A stretch of 64,000 nt of DNA, from contig OZ242351.1 in assembly GCA_965208675.1 (NCBI GenBank), forward strand, positions 2,176,001-2,240,000. The letters are read 5' to 3'. A program made the translations under genes and the position numbers. Origin of the DNA: Candidatus Poribacteria bacterium. GTDB lineage: Bacteria; Poribacteria; WGA-4E; PCPOR2b. The notes under the pieces were generated by a model. The model had not been told where the DNA came from. It saw only the letters and a list, made by a program, of their open reading frames with translations, and searched no databases. Positions 39,874-51,700 of this stretch are shown piece by piece (the first letter of the stretch is position 1; each line of letters begins with the position of its first letter).

Positions 39874-42360
39874 ATGAAAATAACCCTGAAGTTAGTAATC
39901 ATCTTACTAGCCGTATCTTCAATAACGGCGTCTGCTCAAGATTTCTCGCAATGGGATTTACCGGAAGGTGCTAAACAACGCCTCGGCAAGGGATGGATAC
40001 GAGATATTCAGTATTCTCCTACTCGTCCGCATCTCGCGGTTGCAGGTTCAATCGGGATTTGGATATATGACACAACGACCAACCGCGAGATTGATTTGCT
40101 GACCGGGCACACCCGGACGGTCAATGCGATAGCGTATGCTCCGAATGGCAACTTGATAGCGAGTGGGAGCAGCGACGACTCCATCCGGATCTGGGATGCG
40201 GTGACGGGCGAGGAAATCAGAACGATATGGGGACATGAAGATGCTATCTGGAGTTTGGCTTTTAGCGTCGACGGCGCCACACTTGCCAGCGGGAGCAACG
40301 ACAAGACAATTCGAATATGGGAAGTTGGCACGGGCGAGGAACTTGGAAAGCTGACCGGACATACCGATTGGGTGAATAGTGTGGCTTTCAGTCCGACACA
40401 CAATGTCCTCGCCAGCGGAAGCTGGGATCATACCGTCCGTTTGTGGGATTTGGACACAGGCGAGGAAATCCGAACCTTCCCGCCGCATTCATCTTTGGTG
40501 CGGTCTGTGGCTTTCAGCCCCGATGGGAACATGCTCGCCAGTTCGGATTTTGACGCCATAATCCGTTTGTGGGATGTTGAAGCTGGAACAGAAATCAGAA
40601 CATTCAGGGGCCACACTTCGGATGTTTTCGACATCACCTTCTCGTTGGATGGCAAGACGCTCGCGAGCGCTAGCGAGGACGACACCATCCGCCTGTGGGA
40701 TATCGAAACCGGCGCAGAACGAAAGAGAATTACCGGACATACGGCTGATGTTTACAGCATTGTATACAGTCACGACGGCGGGACGCTAGCCAGCGGCGGG
40801 TATGACGCTACCATTAAATTCTGGGATGCCGAGACCGGAGACGAGATTAGCAGCATCACCGGACACACAGATCTTGTTTTGAGCGTGGTTTTTACGCCTG
40901 ACGGCCGCACGCTTGTTGGAAGAAGTTGGGACAAAACCGTCCGCCTCTGGAACACTGATACGGGTCAGCTTGATAACGTGCTGGTAGGGCATACGGATGA
41001 TGTAGATGTTGTGGTTTTCAGCCCTGACGGCAGCAAAATTGCCAGCGGCAGCCAAGATGACACCGTACGTGTATGGGATGCGAACTCCGGAGAACTTCTG
41101 AGAACGCTGGTTGGACACTGGGCTTACCTGATTAGTTTAGCCTTCAGTCCCGACGGGAGTATACTGGCAAGCGGCAGCGAGGACGATGTTGTTCGATTAT
41201 GGCATACGGCCACTGGTCTGCGGTTGGATTTTCTTTACGGCCACGCGGCTGGCGTTGAGAGCATTGCTTTTCATCCCTCTGGCGAGATTCTCGCCAGCGG
41301 CAGCCGCGACGACTCAATTCGTATATGGGATGTCCCCTCCGGTAGAACACAGATAGCAATTAGGGAACATGAAGGCGATGTACTTAGCGTCGACTTCAAT
41401 TTTGACGGTTCATTGCTCGCCAGCGGCAGCCAAGACCGAACCATCAGGCTGTGGGATCCTACAACGGGCGATGCGATTCGGACGCTAAACGGGCACGAGA
41501 GCGGCGTCCGAACCCTTAAGTTTAGCCCTGATGGACGCACGATTGCCAGCGGGAGCCGAGATAACACCGTTCGGGTGTGGAACGCCGCTTCGGGCGAACT
41601 AATGAACACGTTTGCCGGACATACGGCTGGTGTTAGGAGCGTTGCTTTTAGCCCTGACGGCAGCATAATCGCCAGTGGAGGATGGGATGGCACGGTGTTG
41701 ATTTGGGACGCGCCGATACTGCCTCCGGAGGTTATCGAAGAGCCGCTGAACGCGGATTTAGACGGAGATGGGATGGTCGATATTGCCGACCTTGTGCTGG
41801 TCGCTTCTGCCTTTGGCGAATCAGGGGAGAATCTGACAGCCGATGTGAATGGAGACGGGGAAGTTGATATAGCCGACCTAGTAGCGGTCGCTGGCGCTTT
41901 CGGGACGGAGATTGCCGCATCACCGGCGCGTCCTGAAATCGCGGCGGTGCTGAACGAAGCGGACGTAAGGGAGTGGCTTATACAAGCTCAGCAGTTACGG
42001 CTATCTGATTCGAAATCGCGGAGAGGCATTCTCTTCTTGGAACAACTCCTCTTAGCGTTTCGCCCAACAGAAACGGCGTTGTTGCCGAACTATCCTAATC
42101 CGTTCAATCCGGAAACGTGGATTCCGTATCACCTTGCGGAAGACGCCGGTGTGCAGGTTACAATCTATGACGCCAACGGCAAGTTAGTCAGGCGTATCGA
42201 TCTGGGACATCAACCTGCGGGCTACTACACCGATCAACGCCTTGCAGTATATTGGGATGGCCAAAATCAGCGGGGCGAGGCTGTAGCAAGCGGTGTGTAT
42301 TTCTACACCTTGTCCACCGCGGGTTATGTGGAAACGAGGAAAATGACGATACAGAAATAG
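39874..42360 (+). CDS. Secreted WD40 (about 14 blades) protein with dockerin-like and FlgD/T9SS-like C-terminal domains
   Basis: Signal peptide; repeated GH...FSPDG..LASGS.D.T(I/V)R(L/I)WD; two DxxGDGxVDIADLV repeats; PNYPNPFNPETWIPY...YWDG.N..GE.VASGVYFY. Confidence 0.92.
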   Translation: MKITLKLVIILLAVSSITASAQDFSQWDLPEGAKQRLGKGWIRDIQYSPTRPHLAVAGSIGIWIYDTTTNREIDLLTGHTRTVNAIAYAPNGNLIASGSSDDSIRIWDAVTGEEIRTIWGHEDAIWSLAFSVDGATLASGSNDKTIRIWEVGTGEELGKLTGHTDWVNSVAFSPTHNVLASGSWDHTVRLWDLDTGEEIRTFPPHSSLVRSVAFSPDGNMLASSDFDAIIRLWDVEAGTEIRTFRGHTSDVFDITFSLDGKTLASASEDDTIRLWDIETGAERKRITGHTADVYSIVYSHDGGTLASGGYDATIKFWDAETGDEISSITGHTDLVLSVVFTPDGRTLVGRSWDKTVRLWNTDTGQLDNVLVGHTDDVDVVVFSPDGSKIASGSQDDTVRVWDANSGELLRTLVGHWAYLISLAFSPDGSILASGSEDDVVRLWHTATGLRLDFLYGHAAGVESIAFHPSGEILASGSRDDSIRIWDVPSGRTQIAIREHEGDVLSVDFNFDGSLLASGSQDRTIRLWDPTTGDAIRTLNGHESGVRTLKFSPDGRTIASGSRDNTVRVWNAASGELMNTFAGHTAGVRSVAFSPDGSIIASGGWDGTVLIWDAPILPPEVIEEPLNADLDGDGMVDIADLVLVASAFGESGENLTADVNGDGEVDIADLVAVAGAFGTEIAASPARPEIAAVLNEADVREWLIQAQQLRLSDSKSRRGILFLEQLLLAFRPTETALLPNYPNPFNPETWIPYHLAEDAGVQVTIYDANGKLVRRIDLGHQPAGYYTDQRLAVYWDGQNQRGEAVASGVYFYTLSTAGYVETRKMTIQK

Positions 42361-42428
42361 GCGTAAGTATGCAAACCTTCACACGCAAATATACGCAACA
42401 CACGATACCATTTATGGAGAATTCTAGC

Positions 42429-45182
42429 ATGAAAATAGTTTCGACGATATTTTTCCTTTTCTTTGCAATTTCACTGCACTGCCTTGCACAAGACCCTTCA
42501 CAGTGGGATTTGCCTGAAGACGCCAGAGAGCGCGTCGGCAAAGGTTGGATTACGGAAATTCAGTATTCGCCCGACGGCTCCCGTCTGGCAGTAGCGAGTT
42601 CTATCGGCATTTGGATCTATGACACCGAGACATTTAAAGAGGTTTCGTTGCTTTCCGCGCACACGGAGGAGGTCACCGCACTGGCATATTCCATTGATGG
42701 CAGAATACTCGCCAGCGGGAGTTGGGATAGGACCATACGGTTGTGGGATCCTGAAACTGGTGAGGTGCTGCAAACCCTCGAAGGGCATTGGAGTGGAATC
42801 CGCAGCATAGACATTAACTCGGATGTGACCACGCTTGTCAGCGCGAGTTACGACCGGACCGTCCGGCTTTGGGATATTGAGACTGGCGACGAGATTCGAA
42901 TTCTCTGGGGGCATCGAGATCGCGTCAATACCGTTGCATTCAGTCCGGATGGCACTATGCTCGCCACCGGGAGTTGGGACCAAACTGCGCGTTTGTGGGA
43001 TGCCGCCACAGGTGAACAACTCCAAATCATCACCGCACACAGGTCGCTGGTTCAAGCCGTAGCGTTCAGTCCGGACGGGGAGACGCTTGCCACCGGAGAT
43101 TACAACGGTGAGATTCACCTCTGGGACATTGCCACAGAGACGCAGACTGCGGTCCTCACCGATCATACCTCGCTTATCTTCGATCTCGCCTTTTCTCCGC
43201 TAGACGGAGGCACGTTGGCAAGTGCAAGCGAAGACGACACCATCCGCCTTTGGGACACCGAGGCTGGCACGCTTAAGAAGACGATTACCGAGCATACCGC
43301 CGATGTCGTCAGAATTGTATTCAGTCCTGACGGCAGTACAATAGCCAGCGGGGCGTGGGATGCGACTGTCCGTTTTTGGAACGCGGAGACTGGTTCGCAC
43401 CTCAATACCATCACGGGCCACGCCGATGTGGTCTTGAACGTTAGTTTCAGACCGGACGGCCGTGCGCTTATTGGGCGAAGTTGGGACTCTACCATTCGGT
43501 TATGGAACACTGAAACGGGAAAACTTGATCATATCTTGTTTGGACATACCGACGATGTAGGGATCGTTGTTTTCAGTCCGGATGGGCACACACTGGCTAG
43601 CGGCAGCGAAGACCATACTGTCCGCTTATGGGATGTTGAAACCGGGGCGCACTTGAAAACACTTGTCGGTCACAGAGCCTATCTGATTAGCCTTGCCTTC
43701 AACGCCGATGGAACAATGCTTGCCAGCGGCAGCGAAGACGATGATATCCGCTTGTGGGATGTGGCAACCGGAGCGCGGCTGAGAACACTCGCCGGACATA
43801 CGACAGGGGTGGAGGGACTGGCTTTTAGTCCCGATGGCCACACGCTCGCGAGCGCAAGCCGAGACAATTCTGTCCGTTTATGGGATGTCGAAACCGGCAA
43901 GGAATTGCATAAGCTGGAAGGGCACCGCGGTGATGCGATTACCGTTGCTTTCAGTCCTGACGGAAACACGGTTGCGAGCGGCGGTTGGGACGCTGTCATC
44001 CGTTTGTGGGACGTTTCGACCGGGGAGTTGCGGGAATCCGTCGAGTCGTTTCACACCGGCATTAAGAGCATAACCTACAGTCCGGATGGTGAAAAGATTG
44101 CTACAGGAAGTTGGGATAATACGGTTCGCCTTTGGGACACTAAAACGCTTGCACGTATCAAGACATTACATGGACACAAATCATTCGTCTATAGCGTCGC
44201 ATTCAACGGGGACGGCAGCGTAATTGGCAGCGGCGGGGTTGACGGTACGCTATTGCTGTGGGAGATGCCGCCGTTACCGCCAATCTTTGTCAAGACGCTA
44301 GCACAGGGATTGAACATGATTTCTCTGCCGCTAATGCCTGAGGACCCGATTTCTGCGCGCGCGCTCGCTCAGATGGCGAATGCCACCGCAGTCATTCGAT
44401 TCGACAGAGAGACCCAGGGCTTCATAGCTTTCACGGATGATGAGCGCGGGTCGGGCTTCCCGATTGAAGGCGGAGAGGCTTATATCGTCAACACGCCGGA
44501 TGGCGGCTCTGTGGCATTCTCCGGTGAGGCGTGGGAGAACGAATCCGCGGCCGCACCTGGGGCCAATCAATTTAGAGAAGCTTGGGCATTTATCGTGGCT
44601 AGCGATTTGAAAAATGCCGAGGCTGATACCAATTATGCTGTAATTGCCGAGAATCTGCGTACCGGTGTTGTTGTAACTGACGAAATCGCCCCTAACAAAA
44701 CACGCGTTGCTGCCGTTTGGGCCGATCTCAATCGGAATAGTGTGGTGCAAGCAGGCGATAGGTTGGACATTACAGTGATTGATGACGGCGGGAACATCGT
44801 TTCGGGTCCGCATCATCACACAGTCAACATTGCCGACATCCGAAGGGCTTACAAGCGGGTGTCGCTGGTTGTTGGTGACATACGTCCAGAGCAGACACTC
44901 CTAGCACAGAATTTTCCCAATCCATTCAACCCTGAGACGTGGTTGCCTTACCAGCTCAGCCAATCCGGTTTTGCCGCCATACAGATATATGATGCGTCTG
45001 GGCGTCTCATACGGACGCTTGACCTTGGAATTAAACCGGCGGGATACTACATGACACGATCCAAAGCCGCATACTGGGATGGCCGCAACAGTTCCGGTGA
45101 ACGTGTTGCCTCTGGAAGTTACTTCTACACGCTCGAAACGGACGAATTTTCCGCGACGCGTAAGATGTTGATAGCCAAATAG
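42429..45182 (+). CDS. Secreted WD40 (about 14 blades) paralog with a different middle module and the same C-terminal domain
   Basis: Blade-by-blade match to the upstream gene; GLNMISLPL middle domain; QNFPNPFNPETWLPY C-terminus; ATG at 42429 after GGAG. Confidence 0.92.
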   Translation: MKIVSTIFFLFFAISLHCLAQDPSQWDLPEDARERVGKGWITEIQYSPDGSRLAVASSIGIWIYDTETFKEVSLLSAHTEEVTALAYSIDGRILASGSWDRTIRLWDPETGEVLQTLEGHWSGIRSIDINSDVTTLVSASYDRTVRLWDIETGDEIRILWGHRDRVNTVAFSPDGTMLATGSWDQTARLWDAATGEQLQIITAHRSLVQAVAFSPDGETLATGDYNGEIHLWDIATETQTAVLTDHTSLIFDLAFSPLDGGTLASASEDDTIRLWDTEAGTLKKTITEHTADVVRIVFSPDGSTIASGAWDATVRFWNAETGSHLNTITGHADVVLNVSFRPDGRALIGRSWDSTIRLWNTETGKLDHILFGHTDDVGIVVFSPDGHTLASGSEDHTVRLWDVETGAHLKTLVGHRAYLISLAFNADGTMLASGSEDDDIRLWDVATGARLRTLAGHTTGVEGLAFSPDGHTLASASRDNSVRLWDVETGKELHKLEGHRGDAITVAFSPDGNTVASGGWDAVIRLWDVSTGELRESVESFHTGIKSITYSPDGEKIATGSWDNTVRLWDTKTLARIKTLHGHKSFVYSVAFNGDGSVIGSGGVDGTLLLWEMPPLPPIFVKTLAQGLNMISLPLMPEDPISARALAQMANATAVIRFDRETQGFIAFTDDERGSGFPIEGGEAYIVNTPDGGSVAFSGEAWENESAAAPGANQFREAWAFIVASDLKNAEADTNYAVIAENLRTGVVVTDEIAPNKTRVAAVWADLNRNSVVQAGDRLDITVIDDGGNIVSGPHHHTVNIADIRRAYKRVSLVVGDIRPEQTLLAQNFPNPFNPETWLPYQLSQSGFAAIQIYDASGRLIRTLDLGIKPAGYYMTRSKAAYWDGRNSSGERVASGSYFYTLETDEFSATRKMLIAK

Positions 45183-45428
45183 TATCAAGTGACCAGATGA
45201 TTGTCGCCTACGCTGTCTTTGATACAAGCAGTGCGACACTTAGGCTGTATCGCGTCGCGGTTTTAATTTGAGCTCCATGAGTCGATTGTAATTGATGACA
45301 ATGCCGTCTCCTTATCGCTTAGCTCATGGGGTCATTTGATACATAACTAAAAACTAAAATTACGGCAGTCATCTGTACGGATGGTTGAGCCAATTCACTT
45401 TATCTTCAAAGTAGGAGATTCTTAAGAA

Positions 45429-45929
45429 ATGCCAACTCCAAGTGCACCTATGCCGGGCATGACTTGGCTATACTTTGTGTTAATTACAGTCTTTTCTTGG
45501 GGGCTTTACGGTGTTTTGCTTCATACGGGCCAGATGTCTATGGGCGACCCGGTCCATGGGCGTTACAAATCATTTCTCTTCGTCGGGAGCGCTTATTTAC
45601 TGATTGCGGTTCTGGCGCCGACGGTCATGTTAATCGCCAATGGCGCATCATGGAGTTTTCCGGTAAAAGGTATTCTCTGGTCAACCCTTGCGGGAGTCGT
45701 CGGGGCAGTGGGGGCATTCTGCGTTCTATTGGCGTTTGGGGCGAAGGGTATACCAAGCGTAGTCATGTCTATCATTTTTGCCGGCGCGCCGATTGTCAAT
45801 GCGATTGCTGCGATGGTGATGCACCCGCCCGCCGGCGGTTTAAGTTCGCTGCGTTGGCCCTTTGTTCTAGGCATCCTTTTGGCAGCGCTCGGCGGCTGCC
45901 TCGTGACCCTTTTTAGACCCGGATCGTAG
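45429..45929 (+). CDS. DMT/EamA-like small membrane protein
   Basis: SWGLYG, GVVGAVGA and VMSIIFAGAPIVNA motifs; five TM segments. Confidence 0.75.
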   Translation: MPTPSAPMPGMTWLYFVLITVFSWGLYGVLLHTGQMSMGDPVHGRYKSFLFVGSAYLLIAVLAPTVMLIANGASWSFPVKGILWSTLAGVVGAVGAFCVLLAFGAKGIPSVVMSIIFAGAPIVNAIAAMVMHPPAGGLSSLRWPFVLGILLAALGGCLVTLFRPGS

Positions 45930-46071
45930 GGTATCAATTGACCGAATGGGAAACAAAAAAGTATCACCGACAGGGTACTGACCACAATAGTCGCTGAAAG
46001 CTATCGCAGCCGCTATTCGGTCTTGCGAACCTGCCTTCTCCCGTCAGAACTTTCGCCTTGGACATTCAAAG

Positions 46072-46209
46072 GTTCGTAGTAGGGATCAATTGAGCGTATA
46101 GCGAAGGCGATAGAAATTCCTCATTGTTGCCCGTTTCCACACAGAACAAAATGTCAGGTCAAGGACATGAACGACCTGCCAGGCGCGCAATAAATTTCGT
46201 TACTACAAA
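46072..46209. repeat. Degenerate GTAG-type REP pair
   Basis: TTCGTAGTAG...TTACTACAA inverted ends in intergenic DNA. Confidence 0.35.
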
Positions 46210-46286
46210 CTGAACTGCGTAAGCCCTTCAGTTTGTTGATCACATCAGATACTTACTTTGGTTCTTAAAGGTTTTTGGAGAGTACC

Positions 46287-47549
46287 ATGTTAGGACTCAT
46301 CACCCTATTGTTGGAAAACTCGGGCATAGATGCCGCGATAGCGGAAATTCTGGCGAGAGGTGTGGTCATTGCGCTTATAATCGTAATTAGTGTGCTTACC
46401 AACTTTCTTGTTAAACGGCCGATTCTGGCTTTTCTGACCAATCTGATTGCCCGCACACAAACGACATGGGATGACACATTTGTTGAGAAAAAAGTGCTTA
46501 ATCAACTGGCGCATCTCGCGCCTGCGATGGTGATTTACGTTACGGCGCCGCTAGCATTAGAGGGATATGGAAATGCAATAAGGTTTGTTACCGCTACAGT
46601 GCAAATCTATATGATTCTTGTCGGCATCCTAGTCATCAATGCGTTTCTCAATGCTGTTCTTGATATTTACCGATCCTTCGACGTTGCGAGAGAAATCCCT
46701 ATCAAGGGTTTTATCCAGGTTGCAAAGATAGTTATCTATTTAGTGGGCGGTATTTTAATTGTTTGCATTTTAATGGATAAAACACCGCTCGTTTTCCTCA
46801 GCGGACTCGGTGCGTTGACCGCCATACTGTTGCTAATTTTCAGAGACGCCATTCTTGGGTTCGTCGCAGGTATACAATTGATTACCAACAAGATGTTATC
46901 GCGGGGGGATTGGATTGAAATGCCCAAGTACGGCGCAGACGGCGATGTGCTGGATGTTGCCTTAACAACGGTCAAAGTTCAAAATTGGGATAAAACAATC
47001 ACGACGATTCCGACTTATGCACTGATTAGCAATTCTTTCAAGAACTGGCGGGGCATGCAAGAATCCGGCGGGCGCCGCATCAAACGGTCAATTTATGTTG
47101 ATGTAAATACGATTAAACTGTGCACTGAGGAGATGCTGGGACGATTTTCCAAAATACAGTACATTTCGGAGTATATCGAAAGGAAAAAGGAAGAGGTCGC
47201 TGCGTACAACACGGAATCACACGTAGATGAGACAAGCGTTGTGAACGGGAGACGGCTATCCAACATTGGGACATTTCGCGCCTATGTCGTCTCCTATTTG
47301 AAAAACCACCCGATGATTAATCAAGACATGACCTTTCTTGTCCGCCAGTTGGCACCCACAGAACACGGTCTGCCGCTCGAAATCTACGTATTCTGCAAAG
47401 ATATAGTCTGGGCGAACTACGAAGCGATTCAGGCAGACATTTTCGATCACATCCTGGCGGTTGTGCCTGAATTTGATTTGAGAGTCTTTCAACATCCATC
47501 GGGAAGCGATTTCAGTAAATTCGGGAGCAAAAATGAAGCCCGATCGTAA
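46287..47549 (+). CDS. MscS-family mechanosensitive channel (YbdG/MscM-like)
   Basis: GDWIEMPKYGADGDV, VKVQNWDKTITTIP, FKNWRGM and RRIKRS motifs. Confidence 0.93.
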   Translation: MLGLITLLLENSGIDAAIAEILARGVVIALIIVISVLTNFLVKRPILAFLTNLIARTQTTWDDTFVEKKVLNQLAHLAPAMVIYVTAPLALEGYGNAIRFVTATVQIYMILVGILVINAFLNAVLDIYRSFDVAREIPIKGFIQVAKIVIYLVGGILIVCILMDKTPLVFLSGLGALTAILLLIFRDAILGFVAGIQLITNKMLSRGDWIEMPKYGADGDVLDVALTTVKVQNWDKTITTIPTYALISNSFKNWRGMQESGGRRIKRSIYVDVNTIKLCTEEMLGRFSKIQYISEYIERKKEEVAAYNTESHVDETSVVNGRRLSNIGTFRAYVVSYLKNHPMINQDMTFLVRQLAPTEHGLPLEIYVFCKDIVWANYEAIQADIFDHILAVVPEFDLRVFQHPSGSDFSKFGSKNEARS

Positions 47550-47567
47550 CGCACTGGAGCACGACCT

Positions 47568-48002
47568 ATGCCACACGAATACCACACAAAACGGCGAGTA
47601 GAATTTTCTGACACGGACATGGCTGGCATTGTCCACTTTTCGCGGTTTTTTGTCTTTATGGAGTCTGCCGAGCATCAATTCTTACGTTCTTTGGGAACCA
47701 GCGTTACCACGGAATGGAATGGAGACATTATCAGTTGGCCGAGGTTAGCAGCTTCATGCGAATACCTCAACCCCGCGAATTTTGAAGATGAACTGAAAAT
47801 CCATCTCACGGTTCGGAGAAAGGGGACCAAATCCCTCACCTACCTGTTCGTTTTTACGAAGGGCGATGTGGACATCGCTCGGGGCAAATTGTCCGTTGTG
47901 TGCTGTATCTGCAACCCAGGCGAAAGGGTGCGCGCCATCCCGATACCGGACTATATCGCCGACCAAATTGAAGAAGCGCCGCGCACCGAATTGGACGGTT
48001 GA
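47568..48002 (+). CDS. Acyl-CoA thioesterase (4HBT/YbgC hot-dog fold)
   Basis: VEFSDTDMAGIVHFSRFFVFME motif. Confidence 0.9.
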   Translation: MPHEYHTKRRVEFSDTDMAGIVHFSRFFVFMESAEHQFLRSLGTSVTTEWNGDIISWPRLAASCEYLNPANFEDELKIHLTVRRKGTKSLTYLFVFTKGDVDIARGKLSVVCCICNPGERVRAIPIPDYIADQIEEAPRTELDG

Positions 48003-48038
48003 CACTCAACTAAGGATGCAACAACGAAATCCTGAATT

Positions 48039-48728
48039 ATGATGACATCGGACTCAACCTCACTCAAAGTCTCAGAAGTTTATAAGAACTTCGGGCATGA
48101 ATCGCGTGAGGTCGAGGTGCTTCGCGGCGTTTCGCTTGAGATGGGCGGCGGCGAATCCCTTGCAATAACCGGCCCCTCCGGCTCCGGGAAAAGTACGTTA
48201 CTGCACCTGATTGGTACGTTGGACAGACCGTCATCGGGAATTATAAAAATCAACGATAAAGACCCGTTTGCGCTGCCTGAACCGCAACTCGCCAAATTTC
48301 GGAACCGGGTGATTGGCTTCGTCTTTCAAGACCACCATCTGTTGCCGCAGTATTCGGTTTTGGAAAATGTACTCATTCCTACCATGGCTTTTAAGCGATC
48401 GAACGGCGGTGCCGAAGCGCGAGCGAAAGTGCTGCTAGAAAGCGTTGGACTTACTCACCGACTGAGCCATCGCCCCGCTGAACTCTCCGGCGGTGAATGT
48501 CAGCGCGTCGCTGTGGCACGCGCGCTTATAAATCGTCCGAGCCTTCTTCTCTGCGATGAACCCACGGGAAATCTTGACCGTGCTACGGCTGACACGGTCT
48601 CGTCGCTTTTATTTGAACTACACGAGGTTGAGCAAAATATCCTGATTGTCGTAACACACAGCCTTGAACTTTCAACTCGACTTGGGCGCTGTCTCGAACT
48701 GGAGGAAGGCACTTGCGTCGAAGTTTAA
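48039..48728 (+). CDS. ABC transporter ATP-binding protein (LolD/MacB-like)
   Basis: GPSGSGKST, LSGGECQR and DEPTGNLD motifs. Confidence 0.93.
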   Translation: MMTSDSTSLKVSEVYKNFGHESREVEVLRGVSLEMGGGESLAITGPSGSGKSTLLHLIGTLDRPSSGIIKINDKDPFALPEPQLAKFRNRVIGFVFQDHHLLPQYSVLENVLIPTMAFKRSNGGAEARAKVLLESVGLTHRLSHRPAELSGGECQRVAVARALINRPSLLLCDEPTGNLDRATADTVSSLLFELHEVEQNILIVVTHSLELSTRLGRCLELEEGTCVEV

Positions 48729-51700
48729 TCCATTTCTGGCGAATCCACCTCGCTGTGTTGATGGGTACGGCAGTAGCGACAGCAGTCCTCACCGGTGCGC
48801 TTCTCGTCGGCGATTCCGTTCGCGGCAGCTTGCGCGACTTAACGTTGGATCGATTAGGCGGAATTGATTATGCGTTGGTAACAGAACAATTCTTTCGAGC
48901 AGCGTTGGCGGCGGATTTATTGAATCAGCCGGTACTTACGGAGCAATTTGAAGACACGGCACCTGCGATTCTTCTCGGTGGGACCGCAGTTAACGCCGAC
49001 ACCCGCGCCCGTGCGTCTCGCGTCCAAATTCAGGGAATCGACGAACGATTTTTGAACCTGTGGACGAAAGGCGAAGCAGCTAACCTAGGCGGATTTCTGG
49101 AAAAACAGCCAGGACAATCATTCCCATCAGTCATCATTAACCGGTCGCTGCAGAAGGAATTAAACGTCCAAGTCGGATCGCCCCTCTTAGTCTCATTTGA
49201 AAGGCAGAGCGATATCCATCGCGAGTTTTTACTTGGCCGCCGCGGTTCTTCCGATGTCGTGCAGACCCTCCGGCTCACCATTACGAACATCATCCCCAAT
49301 CAAGGCCTCGGCAGATTCAGCCTAGATTCCAACCAAACCTTACCGTTTAATGCCTATGTCCACCTGCCCACATTACAAAAAGCGATTGGGCAAGCGGATT
49401 CCGCAAACACAGTGTTCATCTCTCAGTCTTCCCATTCGCCGGACCTCACAACCGACCTCCTAAAGTCCCTACATAGGGGGCTGCATCAGGTTTTGAAACT
49501 CGAAGACCTTGGCTTGACGCTGCGCCGGGGAAACGGCTATTTCGCACTCGAAAGTAAACAGTTCCTTCTCAAACCGTATGTCATAGAGGCCGCGAACACG
49601 GTTGCATCCGAGCGGATTAACCAGGCAAATAGAACGGGCGATAGTCTTAAGATTCTCCCAATTCTGACCTATTTGGCAAATTCAATTTCAACTGACGCAC
49701 GGCGAATTCCTTATTCGACGGTTACGGCGTTAAATCCGGAACACGCTGAGTCACTCCAATTGGCTGACGGCTCACCTGCACCCGCACTTGCCGAAGATGA
49801 AATATTTATCAATGAGTGGGCTGCCGCAGATTTAACCGCAATGGTCGGAGACCAGATCAGCGTGACCTATTACGCTATGGGGCCGCGGGAAGAGTTACTA
49901 ACGCGGCACGCCCAATTCCGTTTGAAAGGAATTCTTGCTTTGGACGGTTTGGCGGCGGATCGGGGATTGACCCCAAATTTTCCGGGCGTCCACGACGCCG
50001 ATGACATGTCTGACTGGAACGCCCCATTTCCAATCAATCTGAGCCAAATACGTTCCAAAGATGAACTCTACTGGGATTTATTCCGCGCAACCCCCAAGGC
50101 GTTTGTTTCAGAAGAGGCGGGGCAGCGGTTGTGGCGAAGCCGATTTGGAAGTTTGACCGGAGTCTGGATTTTCCCGGCGTACCGCGGCGATGTCAAGCGT
50201 ACTAGAGCAGAATTTCAAGAGGAATTATTGGAAAAGATTCAGCCCGCCCAGGTCGGTTTGGTGTTCCAGCCGGTGAAAGCGCAAGGTTTAAAGGCTGCCG
50301 CGGGCACCACGGACTTCAGCATGCTTTTTATCGGGTTTAGTCTGTTTCTCATAGTATCCGCAGTGCTCTTGGTGGGTTTGCTATTTAGGCTGGGAGTTGA
50401 GGGACGCACGGGTGAGATAGGGTTGCTGTTGTCTTCGGGCTACGCAGTGTCCATCATCCGTTGGCGTTTTATAAAAGAGGGCTGCTTGCTTGCGGGAATC
50501 GGCGGTGTGATCGGTCTCGGCGGCGGCGTCATTTACGCATGGCTCTTGATGGTTGGCCTGCGAAGCTGGTGGCTGACGGCGGTCGGCACGCCTTTTTTGG
50601 CACTTCACATCAACCCGTTGAGTTTTGTGCTTGGTTACTTAATCGGTATCTTTGCGGTTCTATTTTCAATCTGCTGGACGGTAAGAAAATTCGGCAAACT
50701 ACCAGTTCGCGCGCTGCTTGCCGGCGATACAATTTTAGAGGACAAGACCGCCGGGCGAATCGCACCGATTCTCGCCTTCGGCGGCTTGGGGCTCGCAGCA
50801 AGTTTAATCATATTTGCCGTAGTTTCCGGAAGGACATCGTCCGCGCCGCTATTTTTCGGAAGCGGCGCACTCTTACTTGCTGCCGGGCTGGCTTTATTCT
50901 CAATGCGGCTCCGAACTCCATCTAACGCTCTTTCCCGCAGCCAAAAGCTGAGAATTGTGCGGATGGGCGTACGAGACAGCGCGCGCCACAAGGGGCGGAG
51001 TATGCTCTGTGCAGCGCTGGTTGGGTGCGCATGCTTTGTGATTGTTGCCACCGGCGCCAATCGCCACAGCGGCACACGCCACGGGTTGATGCTGCAGAAA
51101 GAGTCGGGATCGGGTGGATTCGCGCTGACTGCGGAATCAGATGTCCCGCTGCATCACAACTTAAACACGGAGGAAGGACGATTTGAACTGGGGTTCTCAG
51201 ACACCGACGCTGACATCGTAAATATGGCGCAGGTAATCCAGTTGCGGCTCTTGCCAGGGGAGGATGTCAGTTGTTTGAACCTGTATAAACCTCGAAAACC
51301 TCGCATCTTGGGCGTTCCCGCCGAGTTAATCGAACGCGGCGGGTTTCAGTTCCAGGGGGCGTTGGCAACAACGCCTGAAGCCAGTGTGAATCCGTGGCGC
51401 GCGCTTGAGGTTGAGGCTGAATCCGGCGTAATTCCAGCCATCGGTGATTACAACTCTGTCCTCTGGATTTTGCATCTCGGACTTGGCGAGGATTTGATTA
51501 TGCAGAACGAATTTGGGGAATCGATAACACTTCGTTTGGTAGGGCTATTGCGAAGCAGTATCTTTCAGAGCGAGCTGTTAATTTCTGAAGCCAATTTCAA
51601 GAAACACTTCCCCAGCCAAAGCGGATATTCGTATTTCTTAATCCAGCCGCCTTCAGGCAATAGTGCCGTATCAGAGGGTAGCGGAGCACCTGAAGCAATT

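Noticed and set aside
39874-45182. Diversity-generating retroelement target pair
   Set aside because: No reverse transcriptase is present, and differences between the paralogs are not adenine-specific.
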